Positions 1-10,251 are shown, numbered from the whole stretch's first letter. The stretch: DNA of 62,977 bases, filler included, from 7 parts of 7 records of this genome joined end to end with filler, not necessarily neighbours in it; one strand, 5' to 3'. Numbers and translations are program-made. Notes: a model not told the origin generated them from the letters alone.

Positions 1-61
1 TCGCCTAGTACTGTTCATCATCTGCTCTGTCCCTCTTTGTGGGCCACTCGCAGTGATTCAC

Positions 62-315
62 AGCAAAAAGCGCCCTAATGCCGAGGCATTAGGGCGCTGA
101 TACGCGGTACCACCTAAATTGCAGATTGCTCTGCCACTTTGACGTGAGGTAACGTTCACGACGCGCTTGATCTTACTGTGCGGCTTTATCTGCAAGAAAC
201 AAACCGTGGTTCGGATCAAAGACCTTCAAGCTACCTTTTCAGTGTCTGGGGAAGTCTTGCACCGACCGACTTCTCTCTGACCGCCAGGGTCACTGATACT
301 CCTCTTGAACATTGT
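62..315 (-). promoter_or_regulatory. T-box riboswitch, Val specifier (GUA)
   Basis: Minus strand shows the AGUA and AGAGA stem I motifs, specifier GAAAAG-GTA-GC (codon at 232-234), T-box AATTTAGGTGGTACCGCG (103-120) and a terminator GCGCCCTAATGCC/GGCATTAGGGCGC followed by TTTTT (65-97). The thiI-rex-tpx-valS order is typical of enterococci. Confidence 0.92.
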
Positions 316-378
316 CTTGCTATCATAGATTCTTGTTTCATCTTGCTACATTCTACAATGAACTTTTTTGAAAGTCAA

Positions 379-870
379 TCAGAGGTTTGCTTTCGCCGCA
401 TCAATGGCTGCTTGATAATCCGGTTCGTGGGAGATCTCAGGCACGATCTCAACGTGTTGAATCACGCCTTCACGGTCCAAAACGAAAATTGCTCGGGCAA
501 AATGACCGAAGTCTGGGATCATGATTTGATAGGCCTCACCGAAGGTATTCGCCGGATCATGAAGCATGATCATGTCGACGCCTTCTTGGCCGCACCATTG
601 TGCTTGTTCTTCTTTTGTATTGTTAGAGATCGTTACAAAATTTATATCATCCAATTGACTTGCCTCTTGGTTGAAACGCTTGGTCTGCAACGCACAAACG
701 CGTGTCACGATATCGGGAACAACGCTGATGATCGTTGGTTTTCCTAAAAAATCAGTCAGTGTATATTCCTTGTCCTCTAAACTTTTCAAGCGAAAATCAG
801 CTGCTTTATCCCCTACTTTTGGTTGGTTGCCGGGCATCTCATAAACCGTTTCTTTGCGTGTAACTTGCAT
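379..870 (-). CDS. tpx: thiol peroxidase (atypical 2-Cys peroxiredoxin)
   Basis: SVVPDIVTRVCALQTKRFN, QWCGQEG and ARAIFVLD...EPDY motifs; 163 aa. Confidence 0.93.
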   Translation of the reverse strand: MQVTRKETVYEMPGNQPKVGDKAADFRLKSLEDKEYTLTDFLGKPTIISVVPDIVTRVCALQTKRFNQEASQLDDINFVTISNNTKEEQAQWCGQEGVDMIMLHDPANTFGEAYQIMIPDFGHFARAIFVLDREGVIQHVEIVPEISHEPDYQAAIDAAKANL

Positions 871-935
871 AACATCTCTCCTATAGCATTTTCTCCCAGT
901 ATAAGAAAGATTGTCAAAAAACGAAAAGGATTTGC

Positions 936-1589
936 TCAGACTTTCGATTTTTGCGAGTAGGTCGTATCAAAAAAGATCAATGTTTGCAATTCTGTCGTCA
1001 AATCAATGTATTGGATATTGACATCTTTTGGCACGATGACGGGATCAGGGGCAAAATTCAGGATTGCTGTGATCCCAGCATCCACGATCGCATCGATCGC
1101 CATTTGTGAATAGCGGCTAGGAACAGTCGAAATCGCTACGGTGATCCCTTTTTCTGCTACGACTTCCGCCAATTGGTCCATTCCATAGACATAACGTCCA
1201 CTAATGGTCTGGCCAATCATTTCTGGATCATTGTCAAAAACCGCGATGACGGAAAGATTTTCATTTCTGCGAAAATTGTTGTTAGCTAACGCTTTTCCTA
1301 AATTTCCATAACCAATCAAGGCGATTTTTTTCTCCTCATTGGTTTCTAAAATATAGCTCAAAACCTCAATCAAATAAGGAACATCATAGCCATACCCACT
1401 TCTACCCAATTCTCCTAGATGAGAAAAATCCCGGCGGATCGTGGCTGAAGGAACTTGCGTGATTTCTGCAAACTCTTTTGATTTGATTCGCTGAATACCT
1501 GAGGCATCCAGTAATTTTAAGTGTCGTAAATAAGCTGGCAAACGTTTTGCCGTTGCTTTCGGAAGTTTTTTATCTCTTAATGCTTCCAT
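936..1589 (-). CDS. rex: redox-sensing transcriptional repressor Rex
   Basis: LPKATAKRLPAYLR, IRRDFSHLGELGRSGYGY and GYGNLG motifs. Start moved to the ATG at 1589, behind an AAGGAGG RBS. Confidence 0.95.
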   Translation of the reverse strand: MEALRDKKLPKATAKRLPAYLRHLKLLDASGIQRIKSKEFAEITQVPSATIRRDFSHLGELGRSGYGYDVPYLIEVLSYILETNEEKKIALIGYGNLGKALANNNFRRNENLSVIAVFDNDPEMIGQTISGRYVYGMDQLAEVVAEKGITVAISTVPSRYSQMAIDAIVDAGITAILNFAPDPVIVPKDVNIQYIDLTTELQTLIFFDTTYSQKSKV

Positions 1590-1603
1590 CCTGTCCACCC
1601 TCC

Positions 1604-1654
1604 TTGTTAAATGATTCACATATTGAGTGTAGCATGTTCCATTTTCAATAGCAA
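1604..1654 (-). promoter_or_regulatory. rex sigmaA promoter with Rex operator
   Basis: -35 TTGCTA (1649-1654), 17-bp spacer, extended -10 TGcTACACT. TTGTTAA-ATGA-TTCACAT (1604-1621) has 2 mismatches to the Rex box TTGTGAA-N4-TTCACAA. Confidence 0.72.
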
Positions 1655-1684
1655 GAAAATATTCACAAACTCTCTCACACGATG

Positions 1685-1720
1685 AAAAACGACCACAAAT
1701 GTTCCATAACAGTTGTGGTC
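1685..1720 (-). terminator. intrinsic terminator after thiI
   Basis: GACCACAAATGTT/AACAGTTGTGGTC stem with a minus-strand T-tract. Confidence 0.7.
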
Positions 1721-1742
1721 TTAGTTTAAAAAAGAGAGTTTA

Positions 1743-2951
1743 TTATAAGAATTCAGCGAATTCAGTTGCTGATTTTTCTTGATTTGCCGTGATTGCTTCC
1801 AGTTTCAACCCAGCCATCGCCCGTTCCATCATCCCTTCGATATCGAGACGCTCTTCATATTGGTGTACCTTATCCAGTCTTGGGCGCGTCTTTGGTTGAG
1901 GAGGTGCAAAGATTGTGCAGCAATCCTCAAAGGGCTGAACCGATAACTCAAAGGTATCAATGGCTTCGGCAACTTCAATGATCTCCAATTTGTCCATCGT
2001 TGCCACTGGGCGCACGATTGGCGTATTGGTTACTTCATTGATGGCGACCATGCTATGCAAAGTTTGTGAAGCGACTTGTCCTAATGATTCGCCGTTTAAG
2101 ATGATTAAACCGTGACGAGCCTCACGAATCGCATCTGTCAAACGCAGCATCATCCGACGGGTGATGGTCATCCAATAGCCTTGCGGCACACGGTTTTTGA
2201 TTTCTTCTTGGATTTCCGTAAACGGAACTTCGATAAATTGGATGCTTCCCACATAAGGAGCAAGCTTCTTCGTTAAATCTTTGGCTTTTTGTAATGCTTG
2301 TTCACTCGTATAAGGAGGACTTGCAAAATGGACTGCTTCGATCTCAACACCGCGTTTCATGGCAAAGTAGCCTGCAACGGGCGAATCGATACCACCAGAA
2401 AGCATCAACATTCCCTTACCGCTGGTGCCAACGGGTAAGCCGGCTGCTCCTTGGATCGTTTCATAGGACAGATAGGCGCCATCGATCCGTATTTCCACCC
2501 GCAGATTGATGTCTGGTTTTTTCATTTGGACTTTGATATCAGGAAAACGGTCGATCACCGCATTACCTAAGGTCAAATTCAACTGGTTGCTATCTTGCAC
2601 AAACGAGTGATCGCTGCGCTTAGCTGTGATTTTGAAGGTCTCAACACCGGTGTAGATCTCTGCCATAACGTCTTGAACGGCTTTCTTTAATAACTCAATG
2701 TCTTTTTCAACCCGAATACTAGGGGAAAAGTTTTGAATCCCAAAGACTTTTTGCAGCTTAGGAATGATCTCTTGGCTGTTTTCACCGTTCAATAGCAAGT
2801 GCATGCGATCTCGCTCGGCATGAACTTTGACATGGGGATAATCGGCTAAGGTACGTTTGACGTTTGAAGCTAATTGCATAATAAAACTACGACGATTTTT
2901 GCCCTTTGTTGACAGTTCGCCGTAACGAACCATGATTTCTGAATAATTCAC
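1743..2951 (-). CDS. thiI: tRNA 4-thiouridine synthase ThiI
   Basis: [13 protein letters not shown], a THUMP domain, the PP-loop [20 protein letters not shown] and EDCC. Confidence 0.97.
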   Translation of the reverse strand: MNYSEIMVRYGELSTKGKNRRSFIMQLASNVKRTLADYPHVKVHAERDRMHLLLNGENSQEIIPKLQKVFGIQNFSPSIRVEKDIELLKKAVQDVMAEIYTGVETFKITAKRSDHSFVQDSNQLNLTLGNAVIDRFPDIKVQMKKPDINLRVEIRIDGAYLSYETIQGAAGLPVGTSGKGMLMLSGGIDSPVAGYFAMKRGVEIEAVHFASPPYTSEQALQKAKDLTKKLAPYVGSIQFIEVPFTEIQEEIKNRVPQGYWMTITRRMMLRLTDAIREARHGLIILNGESLGQVASQTLHSMVAINEVTNTPIVRPVATMDKLEIIEVAEAIDTFELSVQPFEDCCTIFAPPQPKTRPRLDKVHQYEERLDIEGMMERAMAGLKLEAITANQEKSATEFAEFL

Positions 2952-2998
2952 GAGAAAACTCCTTTGATTTGGATTGATTTTATAGTGCTATGTCGTGC

Positions 2999-4141
2999 TT
3001 AATTGATTTTCGAAAATTTTTGGTACAACTGGTGGAAGACGATTAGAAACTGCTCGACTTCTGCCATTGTATTGCTCTCATCTAAACTGATACGAACAGC
3101 GGATGTCGCTAACTGTTCCGGAACGTGCATCGCATGAAGCGTACTGCTGGCCATCTTTTTACGAGAGGAACAAGCGCTCGTCGTCGAAAGATAGATCTGC
3201 TTTTCTTCAAAGGCATGGACTAAGACTTCTCCTCTGATCCCTTTTAATGAGAAACAAAGTATATGTGGCGCAAACCCTTCAGTGCCAGAAAAAAGCGTGA
3301 CTTTCTCATAGCCAGCCAGTGCTTCTTGCAAATAGCCTTTTAATAATTGAACATGGTTCGGCTTTTCAGCCTTGTGTTCCGTCGCTAAACGCAGGGCTTT
3401 TGCCATGGCAACGATTGCTGGTACATTTTCGGTACCGCTGCGCTGGTTTTGCTCTTGCCCACCGCCAGTCATCAATGGCGCCAACTTACGACCTTGTTTC
3501 CAATAGATAAATCCGGCGCCACGAGGTCCGTGAAATTTATGTGCAGAGAACACGGCAAAATCGACTCGCTCATTGAACCATTGCTCTTGCGGGACCTTTG
3601 TGATGGCTTGGACGGCATCTACATGGAAATGGATCGTTGGGTAGTCCGCCAACACGGTTGCGATCTCATGGATCGGTTGAATCGATCCTACCTCATTATT
3701 GACCGCCATCACCGAAACCAAAATCGTTTCTTTGCGAATCATGTTTGCTAATTCTGACACGTTGACAAAGCCTTGAGCATCAACAGGGACCACACTGACC
3801 TCAAATCCTAATTCGGCTAATTGAGCCGCTGTTTCACTGACGGCAGGGTGTTCAATACTGGAAATAATCAGGTGATTCCCATAGGCTTTTTTCGCTAAAG
3901 CAGTCCCTTTGATGACCCAGTTGTCTCCTTCGGTCCCCCCACTGGTAAATGCGATCTCTTTGGAAGAAACGTTTAACAGATCGGCGATCTGCTGACGTGA
4001 TTGCTGTAGCAGGCGATTGGCTTGATTTCCTAAATCATGCAAGCTTGAGGGATTGCCGATGATTCGCTGACTGACTTGGACATATGTATTTAAAGCTTGT
4101 GGATAAATAGCGGTTGTTGCACTGTTGTCAAAATAGATCAA
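2999..4141 (-). CDS. cysteine desulfurase (class V aminotransferase, ThiI partner)
   Basis: IYFDNSATT, GNPSSLH, SAHKFHGPRG (PLP lysine) and STTSACSS. TTG start at 4141 after AAAGGGT. Confidence 0.95.
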   Translation of the reverse strand: MIYFDNSATTAIYPQALNTYVQVSQRIIGNPSSLHDLGNQANRLLQQSRQQIADLLNVSSKEIAFTSGGTEGDNWVIKGTALAKKAYGNHLIISSIEHPAVSETAAQLAELGFEVSVVPVDAQGFVNVSELANMIRKETILVSVMAVNNEVGSIQPIHEIATVLADYPTIHFHVDAVQAITKVPQEQWFNERVDFAVFSAHKFHGPRGAGFIYWKQGRKLAPLMTGGGQEQNQRSGTENVPAIVAMAKALRLATEHKAEKPNHVQLLKGYLQEALAGYEKVTLFSGTEGFAPHILCFSLKGIRGEVLVHAFEEKQIYLSTTSACSSRKKMASSTLHAMHVPEQLATSAVRISLDESNTMAEVEQFLIVFHQLYQKFSKIN

Positions 4142-4290
4142 TGATAGGACCCTTTCTCTAAAAAAATTCTTTCCCATTATAACTGCTCTTGGGCTGAGTT
4201 TCAAGGTGACTCGCTGGCTTTGGCTTTATTTAAAGGAAACTTTCCCTTCCTTCGTAAGCGTTAATCATGCAGCGAGCCATTCTTTCCATG

Positions 4291-4323
4291 AAAAAAGCCA
4301 GTCAGTTTTTCACTGCTGGCTTT
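4291..4323 (-). terminator. intrinsic terminator after ezrA
   Basis: AAAGCCAG...CTGGCTTT stem with a T6 tract on the minus strand. Confidence 0.7.
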
Positions 4324-4327
4324 CGTA

Positions 4328-6049
4328 TTATACTAAGTCGCGGTTATTGAAGTAGAAGTTTTCGATCCTTTTGAAGGCACCTGGTTCTACTCGTTCCAAC
4401 GCTGTGCCGATTTCATCTAGCGCATCTTGATAGCGATATTCTTTACTGAACAAGTAAAGTGATTTGTCGATCGCTGCCTTGATATCTGGATGAGAATGAC
4501 GATAACGGTTGGCATATTGCATCATTTGCTCAGTCAATGCCGCAGCATCCACCAAGTCTTTCGTTTGTTCATCTAAAAGATCAAGATCTTCTTCACAGAC
4601 AGAAACCAATTTATTGATTTCTTGCATGTTGATGCGAATCTTGTTCAATTCTTTGCCTAGTTCTTCCACCCGATCTGTTGCCACGAAGAAGAATTCTAAG
4701 TACTCACCTGGCAAACCAGGTAAGCGTTGCTTCTCAACAAACCGCTTCAAGTTGCGTAGACGGAATTCGAAGCTTTCCACTTTTTCTTGTGCAACTTTTT
4801 CGCCACGACGTAATTCCGCAAGGGAATCATCGATTTCGACTTGCTGGCTTTCCACATCATCCAAAATCTTGTAGGCATCTTTGTAGAAGCTTTGCACTTC
4901 TGAATAAGGAATTTCGTGCTTTTCTAATTGTGGTAGGTACTCGTTATTGCGACGAGCCAATTCGTCGACTTCCGTTTGGAAACCACGGACGCGACCTAAC
5001 TCATTATGATTCAATGTATAGCTTTGTGCCGTATGATCCAACTCGATCAACAACTGACGGTTGTTCTTTGTTGCGTGGTCAATATAGTCTTCAATGATTT
5101 GGCGATTTTTCATGACATATTTCTTGGCATTGATCTCACGTTCCATCACCGTATACAAGGCATCGATATCACTTGCAGTATCACGACTTGCCACTTCAAC
5201 GGAAGCGACTTCTGTTTTCGCTAGATCGTTCATGGAGTTTTCAACTCGTTTTTTCACACGGTTGATTTCTTCTTGGAAGTTTGCTTCTGGGAACACATAT
5301 TTTTGTTCTAATAATTTTTTGTAGCCATCTTGGATTTCTTTCAACTGATCTGGGAAGGTACGGTTTAATTCTTCGTAGGCCGCTGGGATCCGTTTCATTA
5401 AGTCTTCTACTTCATAGGTGTGTTTTTCTGCTTGGTCTAACACTTCCCGTGCTTCCACAGGATCGCCTGAAGTATTTAAGGTAACAAATTGGGTGAACTC
5501 AATTTCAATGTTTTTGATTTGTTTTTGCAGCTCATTGTAAGCAGGACCGAATTCTTCGCCTTGATCCCGTAGCTTCTTCTTCAAGTCTTCGTAAACGTCC
5601 AACGCTTTTTGGACTTCCAGTGAATTTCGTTCTTCACTTTCTCGTAATTCTTTCAAGCCGGCGCGAATCTCTTCTACTTGGCGTTCCATCTCATCCATGG
5701 TCGCTTCCGCTTGAAAGATCGCCCCTTTTGCTTTGAAAAAGCGGATGCGTTCGTTTAGTTCTTCCACTTCAAAGATTTGACTCTCAAGTTCAGCAAAAGA
5801 TTTTGTGGAGATATCTGTCCATTGTTGGTTCCACTCACGAAAGGTATTTTGACTTTGACCAACCAAGTGCATTCTTTTTACTTCATCGACTTCTTCGATC
5901 ACCGGTAAGTCAAACAGATTTTCTTTGCGTTTTTCCAAGTCATTTAGCTTTTCTTGGTTTTTCTTCCGCATGAAAAAGCCAATTGCATACAAGACCGCTG
6001 CGATGATGATGATGGCAATGACAATTCCAAAGATGATATTAGTTCCCAT
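4328..6049 (-). CDS. ezrA: septation ring formation regulator EzrA
   Basis: N-terminal TM helix, long spectrin-like coiled coil and C-terminal QYANRYR (QNR patch); 573 aa. Confidence 0.96.
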   Translation of the reverse strand: MGTNIIFGIVIAIIIIAAVLYAIGFFMRKKNQEKLNDLEKRKENLFDLPVIEEVDEVKRMHLVGQSQNTFREWNQQWTDISTKSFAELESQIFEVEELNERIRFFKAKGAIFQAEATMDEMERQVEEIRAGLKELRESEERNSLEVQKALDVYEDLKKKLRDQGEEFGPAYNELQKQIKNIEIEFTQFVTLNTSGDPVEAREVLDQAEKHTYEVEDLMKRIPAAYEELNRTFPDQLKEIQDGYKKLLEQKYVFPEANFQEEINRVKKRVENSMNDLAKTEVASVEVASRDTASDIDALYTVMEREINAKKYVMKNRQIIEDYIDHATKNNRQLLIELDHTAQSYTLNHNELGRVRGFQTEVDELARRNNEYLPQLEKHEIPYSEVQSFYKDAYKILDDVESQQVEIDDSLAELRRGEKVAQEKVESFEFRLRNLKRFVEKQRLPGLPGEYLEFFFVATDRVEELGKELNKIRINMQEINKLVSVCEEDLDLLDEQTKDLVDAAALTEQMMQYANRYRHSHPDIKAAIDKSLYLFSKEYRYQDALDEIGTALERVEPGAFKRIENFYFNNRDLV

Positions 6050-6407
6050 TTTGTGGTTCCTCCAATTTTCAAATATACATGTTTCGTCTAAAATCTGCTG
6101 ATCAGCAGATTGATTGATAAGTTCATTGAGTATAAAAAGGACAGACAGTCCCTTTATAAAAAAGCATCTACGCTAGATTATAGCATAAAGAAAAAAATCA
6201 AGCATTAGATTGAGGCAAAAAAGATCGACTTTTTTCGCATCGAATAAAATCATTCACGGCTTTTCCATCGATAATGAAAACAAATCGTGAAATTTACATC
6301 AACAAGTGACTTTTTTTCTGATTTTTCCGATTTTTTTCAAGAAACCGCTTGATTTCTCCCTATTGAAACTGTACTCTAGTAAAAAGCTTGAACAGGAGTA
6401 ATGTCAA

Positions 6408-7757
6408 ATGAAAGTAGCGAAATTCGGAGGCAGTTCCCTTGCCTCAGCCGAACAAGTCGAAAAAGTTGTTGCGATAATTGAAAGTGATCCTAAAAGACGG
6501 TTTGTTGTTGTTTCAGCGCCTGGTAAGCGTTCCAGCGACGATCAGAAAGTCACCGATCTGTTACTAGCAGTCTGTACCCGTCTGTCTGCCCAAGAAGAAA
6601 TCACTGATTTAATCGAAGAAATCTATGCCCGCTATACAGCGATCGCCGCCCCCTTTGGTATCGAACAAGTCCATTTAGACCGCATCTGGCAATCATTGGC
6701 GGCTTTTCAAACACTGCCTACTCAAGACAATCCGCATCTTTATGATACGGTTTTGGCAAGCGGCGAAGACAACAATGCCAAATTGATCGCAGGGATTTTA
6801 CAAAGCCGTGGATTAGCTGCTCGCTACATGAATCCACAAGAACTTGGGTTGCTGGTGACGGATGAACCCCAAAACGCCCGTATCTTGAACAAATCGTACG
6901 CTAAGATCGCACAATGGCGCGATAGTCCTGAAATCTTAGTGATTCCTGGCTTCTTTGGTTACACAGAAGCCGGCGAAATCTGTACCTTCTCTCGAGGGGG
7001 ATCTGATATTTCTGGTGCCATCGTGGCGGCTGGTCTGCAAGTAGAATTGTACGAAAACTTTACCGATGTCGATGGGATTTTTTCTGCTCATCCAGGCTAC
7101 GTTCATCATCCAGAGTCCATCAAAGAAGTGACTTACCGAGAAATGCGGGAGCTGTCTTATGCCGGCTTTACTGTTTTGCACGATGAGGCGTTGATGCCTT
7201 CATACCATGCGAAAATTCCCGTGGTGATCAAAAACACCAATAACCCAAGTCATCCCGGCACCTTGATCACCAACCAAAGAGACAATTTGGATCAGCCGGT
7301 GATCGGCGTTGCCAGTGACGAAGGCTTTTGTATGATCTATATCCGCAAATACTTGATGAACCGCGAAGTTGGGTTCACGTTACGGGTCTTAGAGATTTTC
7401 CGGGAATTTGATTTAAATTATGAACACATGCCTTCAGGAATCGATGATATCTCGATCATTATGCGCTCCAACCAGTTGAATCCAGTATTGGAAGAAGAAC
7501 TGCTGCGCAAGATCGCCTACGAGATCGATCCCGATGAACTGCGAATGACCCACGATCTATCCATGGTCGTCGTCGTTGGTGAAGGGATGCGTCAAAGAGT
7601 CGGGATCACTGCCGACAGTACCGCTGCCCTTGCGCGAAAAAATATCAACTTAGAGATGATCAACCAGGGGTCCTCTGAGGTCAGCATCATGTTCGGCATC
7701 CACAAAGAACAAGAAAAAGCCGCTGTCAGAACCCTTTACTACACTTTCTTTGATTAA
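6408..7757 (+). CDS. aspartate kinase (YclM/AKIII type)
   Basis: KVAKFGGSSLA, VVSAPGKR, FSRGGSDISG, TDVDG and two ACT domains. Confidence 0.95.
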   Translation: MKVAKFGGSSLASAEQVEKVVAIIESDPKRRFVVVSAPGKRSSDDQKVTDLLLAVCTRLSAQEEITDLIEEIYARYTAIAAPFGIEQVHLDRIWQSLAAFQTLPTQDNPHLYDTVLASGEDNNAKLIAGILQSRGLAARYMNPQELGLLVTDEPQNARILNKSYAKIAQWRDSPEILVIPGFFGYTEAGEICTFSRGGSDISGAIVAAGLQVELYENFTDVDGIFSAHPGYVHHPESIKEVTYREMRELSYAGFTVLHDEALMPSYHAKIPVVIKNTNNPSHPGTLITNQRDNLDQPVIGVASDEGFCMIYIRKYLMNREVGFTLRVLEIFREFDLNYEHMPSGIDDISIIMRSNQLNPVLEEELLRKIAYEIDPDELRMTHDLSMVVVVGEGMRQRVGITADSTAALARKNINLEMINQGSSEVSIMFGIHKEQEKAAVRTLYYTFFD

Positions 7758-7760
7758 ACC

Positions 7761-7823
7761 AAACGTGCCAGTTGCACCACTCCTTTTGCTGATAAGCAAT
7801 CGGAACGGGCAACTGGCACGTTT
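7761..7823. terminator. long inverted repeat / bidirectional terminator
   Basis: Perfect 15-bp IR AAACGTGCCAGTTGC...GCAACTGGCACGTTT between convergent genes. Confidence 0.75.
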
Positions 7824-7828
7824 CTTTA

Positions 7829-8359
7829 TTATTCTGACGATTCTTGGGCTTGCGCTTGTTTTTGTGCCAATTGGCGTTTGATTTCTGCCTTGATTCGCGG
7901 TTCAGGAGCAAACCGTTCTTCCCAATCGCTAGGCTTCATGACTTTGTGGGTCTCAGGATCATAATGGGGCTGCCCATCTGGAAAAAGTTTCCCCATGTTG
8001 GCGTCATGAACGATAGCCAGGATCGGCGCTGGATCGACCCCTACCAGTGAAAAAGAGCCATAGGTAAAATACAGCAGATCACAGAGCGCATCGACTTGTT
8101 CTACTAGGGAATCACTGACAGGCTGTTGTTTGGCAGCCAGCTTGGCTTGGGCTTGATCAATCGCTTGATGCAAATGGGTCAACCCTGCTTGAAAGGTCTC
8201 TTCGTCATTGTTGCTGGCAGCATAAAGGAACTCAACTAATTCTTCAATTTTAAAACCAGCACGAAACTGGGCTTTTTCCGCTGAAAAAGCTTGTGGATAT
8301 GGCGGTCGTGTTGGATCAAAGGTTTTATGAAACTCTTCCGTCATTTCAAATGGACTCAT
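7829..8359 (-). CDS. MazG-like all-alpha NTP pyrophosphohydrolase (DR2231/PRA-PH-like)
   Basis: IEELVEF, EQVDALCDLLYFTYG, VHDANMGK and KVMKPSDW. Confidence 0.8.
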   Translation of the reverse strand: MSPFEMTEEFHKTFDPTRPPYPQAFSAEKAQFRAGFKIEELVEFLYAASNNDEETFQAGLTHLHQAIDQAQAKLAAKQQPVSDSLVEQVDALCDLLYFTYGSFSLVGVDPAPILAIVHDANMGKLFPDGQPHYDPETHKVMKPSDWEERFAPEPRIKAEIKRQLAQKQAQAQESSE

Positions 8360-8463
8360 TTCTCTCGCTTCTTTCTGCTTTTTCTAATGGTTCTGTTTCA
8401 TGGTTCTGCGCTGTCTCCTACGTTGCTTCATGGATTGGCTACACCTTGTTTATTTTTTTTAAT

Positions 8464-9324
8464 TCAATCCCTTGCTTGGGCATCCTCGGCAATGATCCCA
8501 AAATGGATCAAGGCTTTCTTGATGCCGTCATGATCGTTGGTGTCCGTCACAAAGTCAGCACTGGCTTTGGTGATGGGCTGGGCATTGCCCATCGCAACCC
8601 CGATCCCCACACCTTCTAACATTTCCACATCATTAAAATGATCCCCAAAGGCCATCGCTTCTTCCATCGCGATCCCTTCATAGGCCAAAAATTCTTTGAT
8701 CCCTTTGATTTTCGAACCGTTTTTCGGCACGATATCAACAGAATAGGCATTGGATCGTTTAAAATCACATTGCGGCAGCTTGGAGCGTAATTTTTCGCGC
8801 TCTGATTCAGGGCTCAGCATAATGCACTGATAGATTGGCTCTCGTAAAATGTCCAATGATTCATAACGTTTGGCGTTGCGATTGGGACTGAAGCGCTGCA
8901 AGACTTTCTTTAAAAAGCCGACGGGAAATTTTTTCGGTACATAGCGCAAATAGCGCTGCATGACGGGTGATTGGCTTAAACGGATCGTCAAGCTGCCAGC
9001 CACTTGCGTTTCTCCGCCAAACATGACTTGACGATAATTTTCATCGGCGTATTCTACGATCGCTTCCAGCGTTTGTTTTGGAAAAGGTTTGGCATAAATC
9101 AAGGTTTCCTTCGTGTAAACATATTGGCCGTTATAGGTGATAAACATGTCTAACGACAAGTAATCGATCACCTTCTCTAAATCAACCGGACCACGTCCGG
9201 TGGCAATGCCGCAGAGGACGCCATTGGCTTGGGCTTGTTTGATGGCTTCACGGGTACTGGCAAGCGCCTTGCCGTTACTGGCAATCAGTGTGCCATCAAT
9301 ATCAAAAAAGATTGCTTTTATCAT
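8464..9324 (-). CDS. Cof-type HAD-IIB hydrolase
   Basis: FFDIDGTL, IATGR, SK..G and FGDHFNDVEML. ATG at 9324 behind GAGGAG. Confidence 0.93.
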   Translation of the reverse strand: MIKAIFFDIDGTLIASNGKALASTREAIKQAQANGVLCGIATGRGPVDLEKVIDYLSLDMFITYNGQYVYTKETLIYAKPFPKQTLEAIVEYADENYRQVMFGGETQVAGSLTIRLSQSPVMQRYLRYVPKKFPVGFLKKVLQRFSPNRNAKRYESLDILREPIYQCIMLSPESEREKLRSKLPQCDFKRSNAYSVDIVPKNGSKIKGIKEFLAYEGIAMEEAMAFGDHFNDVEMLEGVGIGVAMGNAQPITKASADFVTDTNDHDGIKKALIHFGIIAEDAQARD

Positions 9325-9332
9325 ATGACTCC

Positions 9333-10163
9333 TCAAAATAATTTCAACTGATTAGGATTTAATGCTTCGTAATCGATCTGCAGCGCATCGATCAATGCAC
9401 GAGCATTGTCAGCGGCATCACGACCGGCATTATTATTGAAGACCACTGCGACTTCTTTGGCATTGGCTTCGATGGCTTGAATCGCTTGTTTTAACTCCGT
9501 TAGTTCGGCTTGGTCATAGCGATACAAGGTCCGCAGATTTTTGGCATCTGGCCCCGTCGCTGTCCAGCCGCTGTCGTTGCGTCCATGAAAACGGCACAGG
9601 ACAAACGCAGGATTGGTCACGGTTGGATCAAGGGGAATCGTGGTCGATAGCTTTTTCGGCTGATCAACGACTACTAAGGAAAACTGTTTTCGCTTCATAT
9701 AATCGATCATTCCCGGATACAGTTTCGGCTGATACCAGCTGCTGTCTCTCAGCTCAATCGCCACTGGGTAACCCGCAAACCATTCTCGCACTTGATCTAA
9801 ATAGGCGACATTTTCTTTCGAACATTTAAAGCTGTTGGGAAATTGCGCCAATAGGCAAAACAGTTTGCCCGCTTCTACCATTGGCGCGATCGCTTCTTTA
9901 TAAAGCTGCAGCGCTTCGGTCATGGTCAACTGATCTGGCAAATCCCCTTGGGTGGTCACACTTTGATGGACTTTCAACACAAAGCGGAAATTTTCGGGAA
10001 TCTGGGTCAACCAATTGCGCACGTCTTTTTCTTTTGGCAAAAAATGATAGGTGGTATCCAGCTCAACTAACGGAAAATAACGGGCATACTCAAATAATTT
10101 CGAGTTTTTTCTTTGCACGAGACTGCCATGTTCACTAAATGTGGTACAACCAATTCGAATCAT
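9333..10163 (-). CDS. DUF72 family protein
   Basis: VELDTTYH, FRFVLKVHQ, LAQFP, AIELR, RFHGRN and VFNNN. Confidence 0.9.
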   Translation of the reverse strand: MIRIGCTTFSEHGSLVQRKNSKLFEYARYFPLVELDTTYHFLPKEKDVRNWLTQIPENFRFVLKVHQSVTTQGDLPDQLTMTEALQLYKEAIAPMVEAGKLFCLLAQFPNSFKCSKENVAYLDQVREWFAGYPVAIELRDSSWYQPKLYPGMIDYMKRKQFSLVVVDQPKKLSTTIPLDPTVTNPAFVLCRFHGRNDSGWTATGPDAKNLRTLYRYDQAELTELKQAIQAIEANAKEVAVVFNNNAGRDAADNARALIDALQIDYEALNPNQLKLF

Positions 10164-10251
10164 TTTTTCCCATCGCTCCTTGTTTTCTTATTTTAATAGT
10201 ATACAATAGTTTTGAGTTAAGAGTAAATAAATCATTGCAGGTGATGAAAAA

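Noticed and set aside
178-747. 189-aa plus-strand ORF
   Set aside because: It is the antisense shadow of tpx and the T-box, with no RBS or recognisable motifs.
6186-6407. Lysine riboswitch upstream of aspartate kinase
   Set aside because: No L-box signature or terminator is present, and a promoter-like sequence lies close to the start codon.
8360-8466. Poly-A8 frameshift fusing the Cof HAD and MazG-like ORFs
   Set aside because: The HAD stop precedes the A-tract, and the MazG frame has a TAG eight codons upstream of its ATG.
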